Assembly: GCA_022824545.1 (NCBI GenBank)
Contig: JAJDZR010000117.1
Coordinates: 1 to 51,661, forward strand
Reading direction: 5' to 3'
Origin: Chloroflexota bacterium
Lineage (GTDB): Bacteria; Chloroflexota; UBA11872; UBA12225; JAJDUF01
DNA: 51,661 nucleotides
Position 1 is the first letter of the stretch. Each line of letters begins with the position of its first letter. Positions 18,925-29,228 of this stretch are shown here, in pieces. The position numbers and the translations under genes are program-made. Below the pieces are notes generated by a model. It was not told the DNA's origin. It was given only the letters and a program-made list of their open reading frames with translations, and ran no database searches.

Positions 18925-21054
18925 CTAAGCGTACCGGCGCAGCAGCAGCGAGCCGTACCGATCCGCCTCGGCCGACCACCCGCCGGGGAGCACCGTTGTC
19001 GCGTCCGCTTGGACGATCAAGGCCGGCCCGACCAGGTGCGTGCCCGGCCCACACTGCTCCCGCTCGAAGATCGGCGCGGTCACCGGTTGCGCGTCGTCCC
19101 AGAGCACGGTCTGCCCGGCCGTTGCCGGCGCACCGCCCGGCTGGTCGCGCGGCGCCTCCGGCAAGGTCATGCCCGGCTGGAGGTGGCGGGCGCGCAGTCG
19201 GATCGTGACGATTTCGACGGCTCGGTCCGCTTGGTCATACCCGTATCGGCGACGGTGTAGGCGGTCGAACGACCGCACAGCCGCCTGGATCGCCTGGAGT
19301 TCCGCCCCGGGCTTGTCCTCCGGCTTGCGGGCCGGACCCCGGCCCGCCCGGACCCGTCGTGTGCGGCCGGCGGTCACCAGTAGCTCGTGCGACTGGCCTT
19401 GATAGCGGCAATCCAATGACCGCCGCAGCTCGAGGCGCACCGGCCCCAAGGCTGCCCGCAGCTCGCTGCTCGCCTGGCGCTCTAGGTCCGCGTAGGCGTC
19501 TGCCAGGGCCGCAGCGACTGCCGCCTGCTCCGCCGCGCCGCGCTCGACGGTGAGCATCACCGTGCGGGAGTAAGACCGCTCTACCTCGGCCAGCGCGGTC
19601 CCCACTGCCGACAGAACGCCGGGGTAGCGCGGCACGATCACCTCGCCGATGTCCAACGCCTCGGCGAGCGCCGCCGCGTGCAAGGGGCCGGCGCCACCGA
19701 AGGCGACCAACGCGCACCGGCGCGGATCGTAGCCGCGCTCGATGGAGATGACGCGCAGGGCGCGGGCCATATGCGCGTTGACCACCCGGATGATCGCGTT
19801 GGCCAGCGGGACGGCCGCCGCGTCGGCGTCCCGCTCCGACCGCGGCGTGTCGTCACCCAGCGACAGTACGGCAGCCCGCGCCGCCGCCCGGTCCAGCCGC
19901 ACCTCGCCACCCAAACGCCAGTCGGGGTGCAGCCGGCCCAAGACCAAGTTGGCGTCAGTCACCGTCGGCGCCGTCCCGCCGCGACCGTAGCAGGCCGGGC
20001 CGGGGCTGGCGCCGGCACTCGCCGGGCCGACGTGCAGCCCCCCGGCAACATCGCGCCGCGCAATAGAGCCGCCGCCGGCCCCGACCGTGTGGATAGCGAG
20101 CATCGGCAGGTTGAGCACGACGCCACCGATCTCGTGCTGCGTCTCCAGCACCAGTGCGCCGGGGCAGAACGCCACGTCGGTCGAGGTACCACCCATATCG
20201 AGCGTCAGGATGTTTCGGCGTCCTCCTGCCCGCGCCACGGCAAGCGCGCCGACGATCCCGCCGGCCGGCCCGCTAAGAACCGCCTGCACCGGCCGGACGG
20301 CCAGCCGGTCGGGCGGTACCGTCGTACCGTCGGATTGCATCACCCACAAGCGCGAGCCGAGCACCGCCGTCAGCTGCTCCAAGTAGGACGCGACCACCGG
20401 GCGTAGGTAGGCGTTCGTTACCGTCGTGCTGGTGCGCTCGAACTCGCGGAACTCCGGCAAGATGTCGGACGAGAGCGATACGTCTATCCCGACCCGCTGC
20501 AAGGCTGCGCCAAGAGCCTGCTCGTGGGCCGGGTTCGCAAAAGAGAAGAGCAGACAGACCGCCGCCGCTGTAGCCTCGGAAGCGACGACTTGGGCTACGA
20601 CCGCCGCAACCTGCTCGTCGGAGAGTGCCCGCTGCGGCCGGCCGTGCCGATCCATGCGCTCGTCCACCTCGAAGCGCAGCGCCCGCGGCACGAGCGCGGG
20701 TGGCCGGGTGGGACGCAGATCGTACAGCTGCGGCCGGGCCTGCCGGCCGATCTCCAGCACGTCGGCAAAGCCCCGCGTCGTGATGAGCGCTACCCGCGCC
20801 CCGCGCCGCTCCAGCAAGGCATTCGTGGCGACCGTCGAGCCGTGCGCGATGGGTACGTCGGTCCCGACGCCGAGGCCCTCAAGGCCGTGCAGCACTGCCT
20901 CTGCCGGATCGTGTGGCGTGGACAGCCGCTTTCGGACGGTCAGCCGTCCCGGTTCCAGCACCACGAAGTCGGTGAACGTGCCGCCCACGTCCACACCGAC
21001 CCGCGCCGCCGGCCCGTAGCTTGTCGTGGCCCATGGCTCGTCGTTCCTAGCCAC
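18925..21054 (-). CDS. Hydantoinase/oxoprolinase subunit A family
   Basis: DVGGTFTD, HGSTVATNALLE, EFERTSTT, SGPAGG, DMGGTSTD, GAGGGS, GPACYG, AFGGAGPLHA. Confidence 0.95.
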   Translation of the reverse strand: MARNDEPWATTSYGPAARVGVDVGGTFTDFVVLEPGRLTVRKRLSTPHDPAEAVLHGLEGLGVGTDVPIAHGSTVATNALLERRGARVALITTRGFADVLEIGRQARPQLYDLRPTRPPALVPRALRFEVDERMDRHGRPQRALSDEQVAAVVAQVVASEATAAAVCLLFSFANPAHEQALGAALQRVGIDVSLSSDILPEFREFERTSTTVTNAYLRPVVASYLEQLTAVLGSRLWVMQSDGTTVPPDRLAVRPVQAVLSGPAGGIVGALAVARAGGRRNILTLDMGGTSTDVAFCPGALVLETQHEIGGVVLNLPMLAIHTVGAGGGSIARRDVAGGLHVGPASAGASPGPACYGRGGTAPTVTDANLVLGRLHPDWRLGGEVRLDRAAARAAVLSLGDDTPRSERDADAAAVPLANAIIRVVNAHMARALRVISIERGYDPRRCALVAFGGAGPLHAAALAEALDIGEVIVPRYPGVLSAVGTALAEVERSYSRTVMLTVERGAAEQAAVAAALADAYADLERQASSELRAALGPVRLELRRSLDCRYQGQSHELLVTAGRTRRVRAGRGPARKPEDKPGAELQAIQAAVRSFDRLHRRRYGYDQADRAVEIVTIRLRARHLQPGMTLPEAPRDQPGGAPATAGQTVLWDDAQPVTAPIFEREQCGPGTHLVGPALIVQADATTVLPGGWSAEADRYGSLLLRRYA

Positions 21055-22696
21055 TGCTCACCGGCTCCTCGCCGCTGGCCGAGGACGTGCCCCATCCACC
21101 GCCGCCCGGCGTCTCGACCACCAGCAGATCGCCGGCCGCCAGGTGACGCTCGCACTTACCGGGCAGCCGCTCGATACCGCCGTCGGCGCGCCGCACGGTA
21201 TTCACCCCCGGTTTGCCCGCCGCGCCGCCGGCCAGTCCCGGCGCACCGCGCTGGCGCCGTTCGGAGAGCAGCGTGATCGTGGCCGGCACGTCGAGCGCCA
21301 CTTCCCGCACCAGCCCATCACCCCCGCGGTGGCGACCGCCCCCCCCGGCCCCCTCCCGTAGCCGATACGCCTGCACCCGCAGTGGATAGGCGTACTCCAA
21401 CGCCTCGGCCGGCGTGTTGAGCGTGTTCGTCATGTGCGCCTGTGCCCCGGACAGCCCCGGCCCTTGCGGTGCGCCGCCATGCCCACCCCCGATAGTTTCG
21501 TAGTAGGTAAAGGATCGCTCCCGTTCGGGATCGTAGCCGCCGATGATCGCGTTATTCATGGTCCCGTAGCTCGACGCCGGGATCACGTCCGGTAGCGCCG
21601 GTGCGAGGGCAGCAAGCACCACGTCCACGATCCGCTGGGCCGTCTCGACGTTGCCGGCGGAAACCGCGTGCGGCCAGCGCGCACTGACGACCGACCCCTC
21701 GGGCGTGATGACGGTCACTGGGCGCATGGTACCGGCATTCAGCGGCAGTGGTGCCGCCGCAGCCGCATCATCGGCACCCACCAGACACCGCACGACGTAG
21801 GAGACCGCCGAGACCGTCACGGCACGCACCGCGTTGACCGAGCCGTGTACCTCGTCGGCGCTCCCGGTAAAGTCCACCCGCAGCTCGCCATCGCGGGCGC
21901 CGATTGTCACCCGAATGGGTACCGGCTCATTATCAACTCCGTCGTCGTCGAGCACGTCCTCGGCGCTGTAGGTGCCGGCCGGGATGCGCCGCAGCGTCGC
22001 CCGGCAAAGCTGCTCGCCGTAGTCCAGCAGCGCGTCCTGGCGCCGTCCGAGCGCCTCCGGCCCAATGGCCTCCGCGAGCGCGATGTAGCGGCGCTCGCCG
22101 ACCCGGTGGGCAGCCCGCTGGGCAAACAGGTCGCCGCGGCGCTCGTCGGGTGTCCGCACGTTGCGAAGGATCAGCGCCAGAATGTCCTCCTGGACCCGCC
22201 CGGCGCGCACCCATTTGATCGGTGGGATAATCAGCCCTTCCTGGAACAGTTCGCGCGCCAGTGGCATCGAGCCGGGACTCATGCCGCCGATGTCGGCTTG
22301 GTGCGCCCGGCTGGCCACAAAGCCGATCAGCGTGCGACTCCGGCGCCCCCCGTTGGCCGCCGTGAACACGGGCGATACCATCGTCACGTCAGGGAGGTGG
22401 GTACCGCCCAAATACGGATCATTGAGAATCACCACGTCACCCGCCCGCCACCTATCGTCCGCGACGGCCTCGCGCGCCGCCTGCACGGCGAGCGGCATGG
22501 CGCCGAGATGGACCGGAATATGCGCCGCTTGCGCCACCATCCGCCCGGCCCGGTCGAAGACCGCACAGGAGAGGTCCTGGCGCTCCTTGATGTTTGGCGA
22601 GTAGGATGTGCGAATGAGCGCCGCGCCCATCTCCTCCGCGATAGCGGCCAGTTGATGGTGCGTGACGGTAATGTCCAGCGTGTCGGTTGCTGTCAT
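21047..22696 (-). CDS. Hydantoinase B/oxoprolinase family
   Basis: SPNIKERQD, HIPVHLG, NDPYLGGTHLPD, HMTNT.NTP.E, TPGGGGWG. Confidence 0.95.
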   Translation of the reverse strand: MTATDTLDITVTHHQLAAIAEEMGAALIRTSYSPNIKERQDLSCAVFDRAGRMVAQAAHIPVHLGAMPLAVQAAREAVADDRWRAGDVVILNDPYLGGTHLPDVTMVSPVFTAANGGRRSRTLIGFVASRAHQADIGGMSPGSMPLARELFQEGLIIPPIKWVRAGRVQEDILALILRNVRTPDERRGDLFAQRAAHRVGERRYIALAEAIGPEALGRRQDALLDYGEQLCRATLRRIPAGTYSAEDVLDDDGVDNEPVPIRVTIGARDGELRVDFTGSADEVHGSVNAVRAVTVSAVSYVVRCLVGADDAAAAAPLPLNAGTMRPVTVITPEGSVVSARWPHAVSAGNVETAQRIVDVVLAALAPALPDVIPASSYGTMNNAIIGGYDPERERSFTYYETIGGGHGGAPQGPGLSGAQAHMTNTLNTPAEALEYAYPLRVQAYRLREGAGGGGRHRGGDGLVREVALDVPATITLLSERRQRGAPGLAGGAAGKPGVNTVRRADGGIERLPGKCERHLAAGDLLVVETPGGGGWGTSSASGEEPVSSG

Positions 22697-22731
22697 AGCC
22701 TCATGCCCGCACGTTCAGAGCGCCTCAACAC

Positions 22732-22767
22732 ACCCCTTCCCTGCCAGGGAAGGGGCCGGGGGTTAGG
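22732..22767 (+). repeat. Family B palindromic repeat
   Basis: CCCCTTCCCTGCCAGGGAAGGGGCCGGGGGTTAGG, matching the copy at about 5226. Confidence 0.75.
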
Positions 22768-22787
22768 CCCCACCCGATGACTCCGCC

Positions 22788-23428
22788 CTAGGGAGACCCT
22801 TCGCCAAACTCCAGCTCGCCGAGCCGGATAAGGCTTTCCAGGTCGTCGCAGTCCGCCGGGGCCTCGCGGGTGACCACAACCTACGCACTGCCTCCCGCGC
22901 GTCTGCGTTTGCCAGCCCGAGCATCCGCGAAATGTCGGCGAGGTCCTGTGTCTGCCCCACTTGCAGCTTGATGTGTACCAGGTACGGCAGCGGCAGCACC
23001 GGGAGGCCCTGCCCATCACGGTTGGCTTGGGCCGCGGCGAGTGCAGCCGGCCACCAGGCTTCCGCTCCCTCAATGACATCTACGTCTTGCCCAGCCGGAC
23101 TGCGCCACGTCGAGCCGCCGATACGTAGCTCGCCGCGGAAAGCGTACCCGGTAGCCTGGAGCTTGGCACGGGCTGCCGCCGCATCCACCTTGGCGACCAC
23201 GACATCAAGGTCTCCGGTCGCTCGCTCCGGCATGTACTGTCGCGTCTCCACCGCGCCCACCACGGCCCAAGCCGGCGGTGCCAAAACTGCGTCGAGGTTG
23301 GGCCACTGCTGCCACGCCGTTCGCTCCCGCACGAAGGCCGCGCCGCTCCCGGTGCCCGGCTGCTGCCGGCGCTGTGCCATGGCGATCAAGACACGCCGCG
23401 CAGTAGTCGGTCCGCCAACGTATGCCAT
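22788..23428 (-). pseudogene. Nucleotidyltransferase-like protein (DUF6036-like), frameshifted near 22880
   Basis: VVGAV...YMPERATGDLD motif and LPYLV.IKL...QDLADI. An alternative frame gives an acidic helical end VTREAPADCDDLESLIRLGELEFGEGSP* (TAG at 22788-22790). Confidence 0.65.
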
Positions 23429-23495
23429 TCGTAGCTCGGCCTCTGCAGGAGTCTACACGAGCACCGGCCTCGGTTGCGGCACAGACCACAACGAC

Positions 23496-23541
23496 GGCTG
23501 ACGGCTGATAGCTGGCGGCTGATGGCTAATAGCTAACAGCT
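23496..23541 (+). repeat. Heptamer short tandem repeat (GCTGA(C/T)(G/A)-like, about 6 copies)
   Basis: ggctgac ggctgat agctggc ggctgat ggctaat agctaac agct. Confidence 0.8.
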
Positions 23542-23542
23542 C

Positions 23543-24133
23543 TTACGGCGCGAGATAGCCCCGCTCGACCGCGTCGCGAATAAGCTGCCTCGCGTAGGCC
23601 CAGAGGTCCGGGGCGCCCGCTGCTATAACCTGGTTAACCTTGATGACTTGCTCGCTGCTGATGCCGTGATGGCGCCACATTTGGCCCTCGGTATGATAGT
23701 TCAGGAGCAGCGGCTGAAGGCGGTCGAGGGCGCCGGCAAATCGCGCCTCTGGCGTCTGCTTGGCCTCGAACTCCTCCCACAGTGTACGTAGCTCGGCCGC
23801 CTGCTGCTTGGGGAGCAAGCCGAAGATGCGTTCCGCTGCCTTCTGCTCGATCCGCGCCTGCGCCTGCCTGGCTTGCTCGTCGTAAATGTAGGTATCCCCT
23901 GCGTCAATCTCGACAATATCGTGGATCAGTGCCATCTTCACGACGCGCACGAGGTCTATGTCCTCAGTGGCGTACTCGGCGAGCACGACCGCCAACATGG
24001 CGAGGTGCCACGAGTGCTCGGCGCTGTTCTCCATCCGGTCGGTGTGAATGAGCCGCGACTGCCGGAAGACGCTCTTGAGCCGGTCTAGCTCCAGGAGAAA
24101 GCAGAGCTGCTGCGTCAGCCGGTCGTCGCTCAT
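23543..24133 (-). CDS. HD-domain hydrolase (HDDC2/YfbR-like 5'-deoxynucleotidase family)
   Basis: ENSAEHSW, HDIVEIDAGD, LWEEFE, DRLQP. Confidence 0.9.
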   Translation of the reverse strand: MSDDRLTQQLCFLLELDRLKSVFRQSRLIHTDRMENSAEHSWHLAMLAVVLAEYATEDIDLVRVVKMALIHDIVEIDAGDTYIYDEQARQAQARIEQKAAERIFGLLPKQQAAELRTLWEEFEAKQTPEARFAGALDRLQPLLLNYHTEGQMWRHHGISSEQVIKVNQVIAAGAPDLWAYARQLIRDAVERGYLAP

Positions 24134-24210
24134 GGCAGTATGGGGGTGGCGGCGAGCGCACGCTGCGCTCCGGCGCCGAGTCGCAGCAGTATACAATCCG
24201 TAGCGATCGC

Positions 24211-24288
24211 CCCCCTATGGTCCCCCGCTGCGGCAGGGGGACAGCGTGTTCCCTCCCCTGCCGGGATGGGGGAGGGGTAGGGTGGGGC
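24211..24288 (+). repeat. Repeat cluster (families D and C)
   Basis: CCCCCTATGGTCCCCC...GGGGGACAGCGTGTTCCCTCCCC...GGGGAGGGG. Confidence 0.7.
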
Positions 24289-24324
24289 CACGACTTCCCT
24301 CTCCACCAGTGGACGCACTGACCG

Positions 24325-25725
24325 ATGCCTACCTTGACGACCACCGACACCATCGTGGCCACGGCGACGCCGGCCGCCGATGGCGCTATCGGCATCGTGC
24401 GCTTGAGCGGGCCGCAAGCACTCCCGCTCCTCCGACAGGTCTTCCGCTCGCAGCATTCTCCCGATGCCTCGCCGGCCTGGCGCTCCCATCGGCTCTATCA
24501 CGGCTGGATCACCGATCCTGCTACCGGGCACCCATTGGACGAGGTGCTGGCCGTCCACATGGCCGCGCCCCACACCTACACCCGTGAAGATATGGTCGAG
24601 GTGCAGGGCCACGGCGGGAGTGCAACCTTGCGCCTCATCGTGGCGCTCTTCACGCGGTTGGGAGCGCGACCGGCCGAGCGCGGCGAATTCACCCTGCGGG
24701 CCTTTCTCAACGGCCGGATAGACCTCGCGCAGGCGGAGGCCGTAGCCAGCCTCGTGACCGCACGCACGCCAGTTGGGGTCCAGCAAGCGCTCGGACAGCT
24801 GGATGGCCGGCTGTCGGGCGAGATCGCGGCCGTGCGCGCCCTGCTCTTCGACCCGCTCGCCCGCATCGAGGCGGTGCTCGACTTTGCCGAGGAGGACGTG
24901 CCGCTGCCGCCCCGTGCGACGCTACGAGACGCCCTCGCCGCGGCCGCAGCCCGCCTCCAAACGATCCTCGCCGGCGCCGCGCGCGGGCTGCTCGTCCACG
25001 AGGGAGCGCGGGCGGTACTGGTGGGCCGCCCGAATGCCGGCAAGTCGAGCTTGCTCAATGCGCTGCTCGAAGCCGACCGCGCCATCGTCACGCCGATTCC
25101 CGGCACCACCCGCGATGTCTTGACGGAATCCCTCAACCTGGATGGTGTCCCCGTCACCCTCGTTGATACGGCCGGTATTGCCGAGCGGACGGACGATGCC
25201 GTAGAGCGGCTCGGGGTAGAGCGTAGCCGTGCGGAGATCGGCCGCGCCGACGTGCTGCTGCTGGTGCTCGACGGCGCTGCTGGCCCATCGTCGGAGGACG
25301 CGGCCATTGCCGCCGCTATCGGCAAGCGCCCCGGTGTGGTGGTGCTGAACAAGGCGGACTTGCCGCCGCGGTACCCACCCGCCGCCGCTCAGAACCTGCT
25401 CACCACCGCCCCGCTCTGCCCCGTCTCCGCGCTGACCGGCTCCGGTATCGCCGCGCTGCGCTCTACCCTGACGCAGCTCGTCGTGCCGACCACCGGCGAC
25501 GCCGGCGACGATCTCCTGCTAGGGAACGTCCGCCACGTGGCGGCCCTGCGCCGCGCCGCCGACCACCTTGCCGCGGCGCAGGCGACGCTCGACTCGGCGT
25601 ATCCGTTGGACATGGTCACGATTGACCTGCGCGGTGCTCTCGACGCCCTCGGCGAGGTCACGGGGCACACGGTCACGGAGGACTTGCTCGACAAGATATT
25701 CAGCACGTTTTGCATCGGCAAGTGA
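24325..25725 (+). CDS. mnmE: tRNA modification GTPase MnmE
   Basis: [47 protein letters not shown]-terminal FCIGK. Confidence 0.97.
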   Translation: MPTLTTTDTIVATATPAADGAIGIVRLSGPQALPLLRQVFRSQHSPDASPAWRSHRLYHGWITDPATGHPLDEVLAVHMAAPHTYTREDMVEVQGHGGSATLRLIVALFTRLGARPAERGEFTLRAFLNGRIDLAQAEAVASLVTARTPVGVQQALGQLDGRLSGEIAAVRALLFDPLARIEAVLDFAEEDVPLPPRATLRDALAAAAARLQTILAGAARGLLVHEGARAVLVGRPNAGKSSLLNALLEADRAIVTPIPGTTRDVLTESLNLDGVPVTLVDTAGIAERTDDAVERLGVERSRAEIGRADVLLLVLDGAAGPSSEDAAIAAAIGKRPGVVVLNKADLPPRYPPAAAQNLLTTAPLCPVSALTGSGIAALRSTLTQLVVPTTGDAGDDLLLGNVRHVAALRRAADHLAAAQATLDSAYPLDMVTIDLRGALDALGEVTGHTVTEDLLDKIFSTFCIGK

Positions 25726-25783
25726 GGCCGCTCGTGCTGAGACTCCGAGCAGGTACCGGCATTGGTCCTATCAAGAAAACGAT

Positions 25784-25813
25784 TTGACGAATCGGAGAGT
25801 GCAACGGTATGAT
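25784..25813 (+). promoter_or_regulatory. Sigma70-type promoter
   Basis: TTGACG-18 bp-TATGAT, upstream of a GGAGGA RBS and TTG start. Confidence 0.6.
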
Positions 25814-25845
25814 TGCTGCGTCTGTATCCATGCGGGAGGAATCCA

Positions 25846-26208
25846 TTGGCCCGGCGTAGGTCTGCTCGGAGACGGTCGCGCTCACGAGCGCCGCGGGATG
25901 CCTTCGTCTCAGCGAGCAGTGGTCTCGGTGAAGAAGAGACCAATCTTGGCTCACTGCTCAAGCGCGTGCTCGCCGGCGAGCAGGACGATTCGTCGCGCAA
26001 AACCGCCTCGTCGTCCGAATCTGAGCAAGAGCCGCAGCATTGCGCCGACTGCTGGCACGCGGTCACATTTACCGATGAGCGCGGCAGCACGATGGCGCGC
26101 TGTGAGAAGAACCTTTGGGTGCGGCCCATCTACTCTTACGAGGAGCTTAACCGCGACCGCGTGCGCCGCTGGCACGCCGTCTGCCCAGAGTACGACGACA
26201 GCGACTAA
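25846..26208 (+). CDS. Hypothetical protein with Arg-rich N-terminus and Cys-rich C-terminal domain
   Basis: GGAGGA RBS, TTG start, ARRRSARRRSRSR, CADCWH...C...C. Confidence 0.65.
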   Translation: MARRRSARRRSRSRAPRDAFVSASSGLGEEETNLGSLLKRVLAGEQDDSSRKTASSSESEQEPQHCADCWHAVTFTDERGSTMARCEKNLWVRPIYSYEELNRDRVRRWHAVCPEYDDSD

Positions 26209-26256
26209 TCCCCATCGTCATTCCCTCGCCCCTCCCGAAAGCCCTGCCCCGTCCGC

Positions 26257-27588
26257 TCAGTCGTCCGTGGCGAACTTCCAGGGGCTTGGCTGCGCCTCGC
26301 TGTAGTGGATCGCGGCGTAGTACAGGCCGTGAACGTCCTTCTCCCCCGGCGTGACCGCCAGACCGGTATGGCCGGGGTCGTTCATGCTCTGGTGGACGAT
26401 CCGGTGGGCAATGAGCTGTACGCAGCCTCCTGCGTGTGGCAGCAGCTTGGCCATATCGTGTCGCCACCACCAGCCGGGGGACTTGCCGGCTGTAGCCGGC
26501 CCGTCCGGCGGTGCCGGTAGCCCGGCCTTGACGCTGTCGTAGACCTCCCGCCGGTTGGTGGCGGCGAAGCCGCGCTCCGGGTCAATGTCCCAGAGGTACA
26601 GCGGGTTGCGAGGGTTGTCATACGGTGAGGCCTGCCAATCTCCTCCAAGTAGACGCAGCACGCCGTCGGCACAGGTATACGCCGTCAGCGGCGCGTGGTT
26701 GTCCGGGGCAGCGTACTGCACCGCCGGCAGCGGACCGAAGGGGTCGTCCGCGCGTATCCAGGCCACCTCGCCGCCCGTGCGCGCGCTGATGATCCACTCG
26801 TCTCGGTACCGCGCCAGGCTCGCCTCCGACAGGTGATCTCCGACGAGCGGGCCGGTTTCGACCCATTCGTAGATGCCGCGCTGCGGACTGTAGCGGTACT
26901 TCAGGGCCGCCAGCCGTCCACTGAAGTGGTTGACATCGGCCCATTCGCTCGCATCATCGTTGAACGGCACTGCCTGCACCATGCTCTGATTCATCCAGCG
27001 CACGGCGGCGCTACAGAAGGCTGCACCCTCCTCATACCCGCGTTGGCGCAGCTGCTGGACCGGCTGGACGATCTCAATGTCGTCCTCGGCATCATTCAAG
27101 CGGAACTGCACCCACTCGACGCCCAGCGTGCGCGCGGTGAGCTCGGGGTGTTCTCGCGCCGAGCGCAGGAACCCGGTTGCCGGGTCAACAATCCGCATCG
27201 TGCGATACCACTTGACGACAAAGAGATTGGCGTGCGGTACCGGCTGCCCGCGGATCAGCGCCCCCTTGGGCACCCCGAACCCGGCGACGTGGCTCTGCTG
27301 GCGCACATACGCACTGCCATCGTTGAAAGGGTCCCAATCGTTGCGCGTGCGAACCAGCCGGCCCTCGCTGAGAACCGGGCCGTCGAAACCTCCGTCGCGG
27401 ACTTGATAGATGATGCTGCGCGCATCATCCACGCCGCGATAGCCGCGCGTAGCGAACAACAGCACAAACCGCCGCGCACTGACCTGGATGCCGTTCGGAT
27501 GTCCCGGGTACACGTCGTCGGCGCGGGTGTCGCCGGGTTGCGAGCATTCGTGAACCAGACTACCGCGGTGTTCGATACGTTCGATCAT
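26257..27588 (-). CDS. Hypothetical protein, paralogue 1 (possible beta-propeller)
   Basis: Colinear with 27734-29056 along its whole length (HPNGIQVSARRF, GVEWVQFRLN, EASLARYR, DMAKLLPH). Confidence 0.8.
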   Translation of the reverse strand: MIERIEHRGSLVHECSQPGDTRADDVYPGHPNGIQVSARRFVLLFATRGYRGVDDARSIIYQVRDGGFDGPVLSEGRLVRTRNDWDPFNDGSAYVRQQSHVAGFGVPKGALIRGQPVPHANLFVVKWYRTMRIVDPATGFLRSAREHPELTARTLGVEWVQFRLNDAEDDIEIVQPVQQLRQRGYEEGAAFCSAAVRWMNQSMVQAVPFNDDASEWADVNHFSGRLAALKYRYSPQRGIYEWVETGPLVGDHLSEASLARYRDEWIISARTGGEVAWIRADDPFGPLPAVQYAAPDNHAPLTAYTCADGVLRLLGGDWQASPYDNPRNPLYLWDIDPERGFAATNRREVYDSVKAGLPAPPDGPATAGKSPGWWWRHDMAKLLPHAGGCVQLIAHRIVHQSMNDPGHTGLAVTPGEKDVHGLYYAAIHYSEAQPSPWKFATDD

Positions 27589-27644
27589 GGCCGTTGCCCC
27601 AAGTACCTCACTGACTCCCATTCCCTACGAGAGAAGGGGCCGGG

Positions 27645-27699
27645 TGACAGGTCAAAGCCGCACCACACCTGGCACTATCCGTGCGGCTTGGGCCTGGCA
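27645..27699 (+). repeat. 55-bp hairpin element (second copy; first at 5603-5657)
   Basis: 19-bp imperfect stem with a 17-nt loop CACACCTGGCACT(T/A)TCC, flanked by the split repeat tail. Confidence 0.75.
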
Positions 27700-27733
27700 G
27701 AGGTTAGGTCAAACCTCCGCCCCCGCCGCGCGA

Positions 27734-29056
27734 TCAGGTCGCAAACTGCCAGACGCCAGGGTAGGACTCCGCGTACTGCACCGTGGCGTAGTAGATGCCG
27801 CCCGTCTCTTTCTCCGTCGGCGTGATGACGGCCCCCCTATGGCTGGGATCGTTGTTCATGCCGCTCCGTACCCGGTAGACGATGATCTGCTCCCTACCTC
27901 CGGCGTGCGGCAGGAGCTTGGCCATGTCGCAGGTCGGGCGGCTCTCCACCGGAATCGGCAGCCCGGCGGCAACGATGTCGAATACCGTGCGCCGCTGAGC
28001 CGCCGCAAAGCCGTTGTCGGGGTCAATGTCCCACAGGTAGAGCGGATTGCGGTTGAGGCCATACGGTGAGATCGTGCTGTCTCCCGTCAGCACGCGGAGC
28101 ACGCCGTCGGTGTAGGTGTAGGCGGTCAGCGGCGACGAGTTCACCGGCGACGCGGGACGCGCCGCCGGCGGCACGGCGCCGAACGGGTCCGCGGTGCGAA
28201 ACCAGCCTATCGAGCCACCGCCGCGCGGCCGGCCGCTGATGACCCAGCTACCCCGATAGCGAGCGAGGCTGGCCTCGGAAAGCTGCTCCTCAATCAGCGG
28301 CCCCGTTTCCACCCATTCATACACGCCGCGCTCCGGGTTATAGCGGTACTTCAAGGCGGCCAGCCGGCCGCCGTCGAAGTGGTTTACGTCGGCCCATTCG
28401 CTGGCATCCTCGTTGAACGGAACCGCTTGCACGAACGACTGATTCATCTGACGGACCGGCGCTGTACCGGCGGCGGCGCTACAGAAGGCGTCGCCCTCTT
28501 CATAGCCGCGTTGCCGGAGCGGTTGGGCCGGCTGGACGATCTCCATGTCGTCCTCGGCCTCGTTCAAGCGGAACTGTACCCACTCGACGCCCTGGGTGCG
28601 CGCGCTCAGGTCGGGGTGGGAGCGCGAAGCTACCAGGAAGCCGGTGGCCGGGTCAATGACGCGGGCGCAGACGCGCCACTTGACGACGAATAGATTAGCG
28701 TTGGGCGCCGGCCGTCCCCGGATCAGAGCGCCGCGCGGCACACCGAACGCCACCGGATGCCCGTGCTGTCGCACATACGCGCTGCCGTCGTCGAACGGGT
28801 CCCAATCATTGACGGACTTGGCCAGCATCCCTTCCGCCAGCAGCGGGCCGTCATAGGCCCCGTCGCGTAACTGGTAGACGATGCTCAGGTCGTCATCGCC
28901 GCCGCGATAGGTGCGCGTGGCGTACACGAGCAGGAAGCGCCGCGCGCTGACCTGGATGCCGTTCGGATGCGCGGGAAACACGTCATCGGCGCGAGTCTCT
29001 CCGGGCAGGCCACATTCGTGGATCAGCTTACCGCGATACTCGATCTGTTCGATCAT
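27734..29056 (-). CDS. Hypothetical protein, paralogue 2 (possible beta-propeller)
   Basis: 440-aa ORF with GAGG RBS, tandem duplicate of the downstream gene. Confidence 0.8.
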   Translation of the reverse strand: MIEQIEYRGKLIHECGLPGETRADDVFPAHPNGIQVSARRFLLVYATRTYRGGDDDLSIVYQLRDGAYDGPLLAEGMLAKSVNDWDPFDDGSAYVRQHGHPVAFGVPRGALIRGRPAPNANLFVVKWRVCARVIDPATGFLVASRSHPDLSARTQGVEWVQFRLNEAEDDMEIVQPAQPLRQRGYEEGDAFCSAAAGTAPVRQMNQSFVQAVPFNEDASEWADVNHFDGGRLAALKYRYNPERGVYEWVETGPLIEEQLSEASLARYRGSWVISGRPRGGGSIGWFRTADPFGAVPPAARPASPVNSSPLTAYTYTDGVLRVLTGDSTISPYGLNRNPLYLWDIDPDNGFAAAQRRTVFDIVAAGLPIPVESRPTCDMAKLLPHAGGREQIIVYRVRSGMNNDPSHRGAVITPTEKETGGIYYATVQYAESYPGVWQFAT

Positions 29057-29228
29057 TGGCTTACCTCAGACCCTCTGACCTCGCCCCGCCGTAGCTAGCA
29101 CTGCGCCCGTCCCCCTGCACCGCGGGGGGACCATAGGGGGGCCGGACAACTTCACTTGGCCCCCTCCCTAGCCCCCGGCCAACGCACAGGGGAGGAGTGT
29201 ATCCTCACTGGCCTCCGACCGACTTCCC

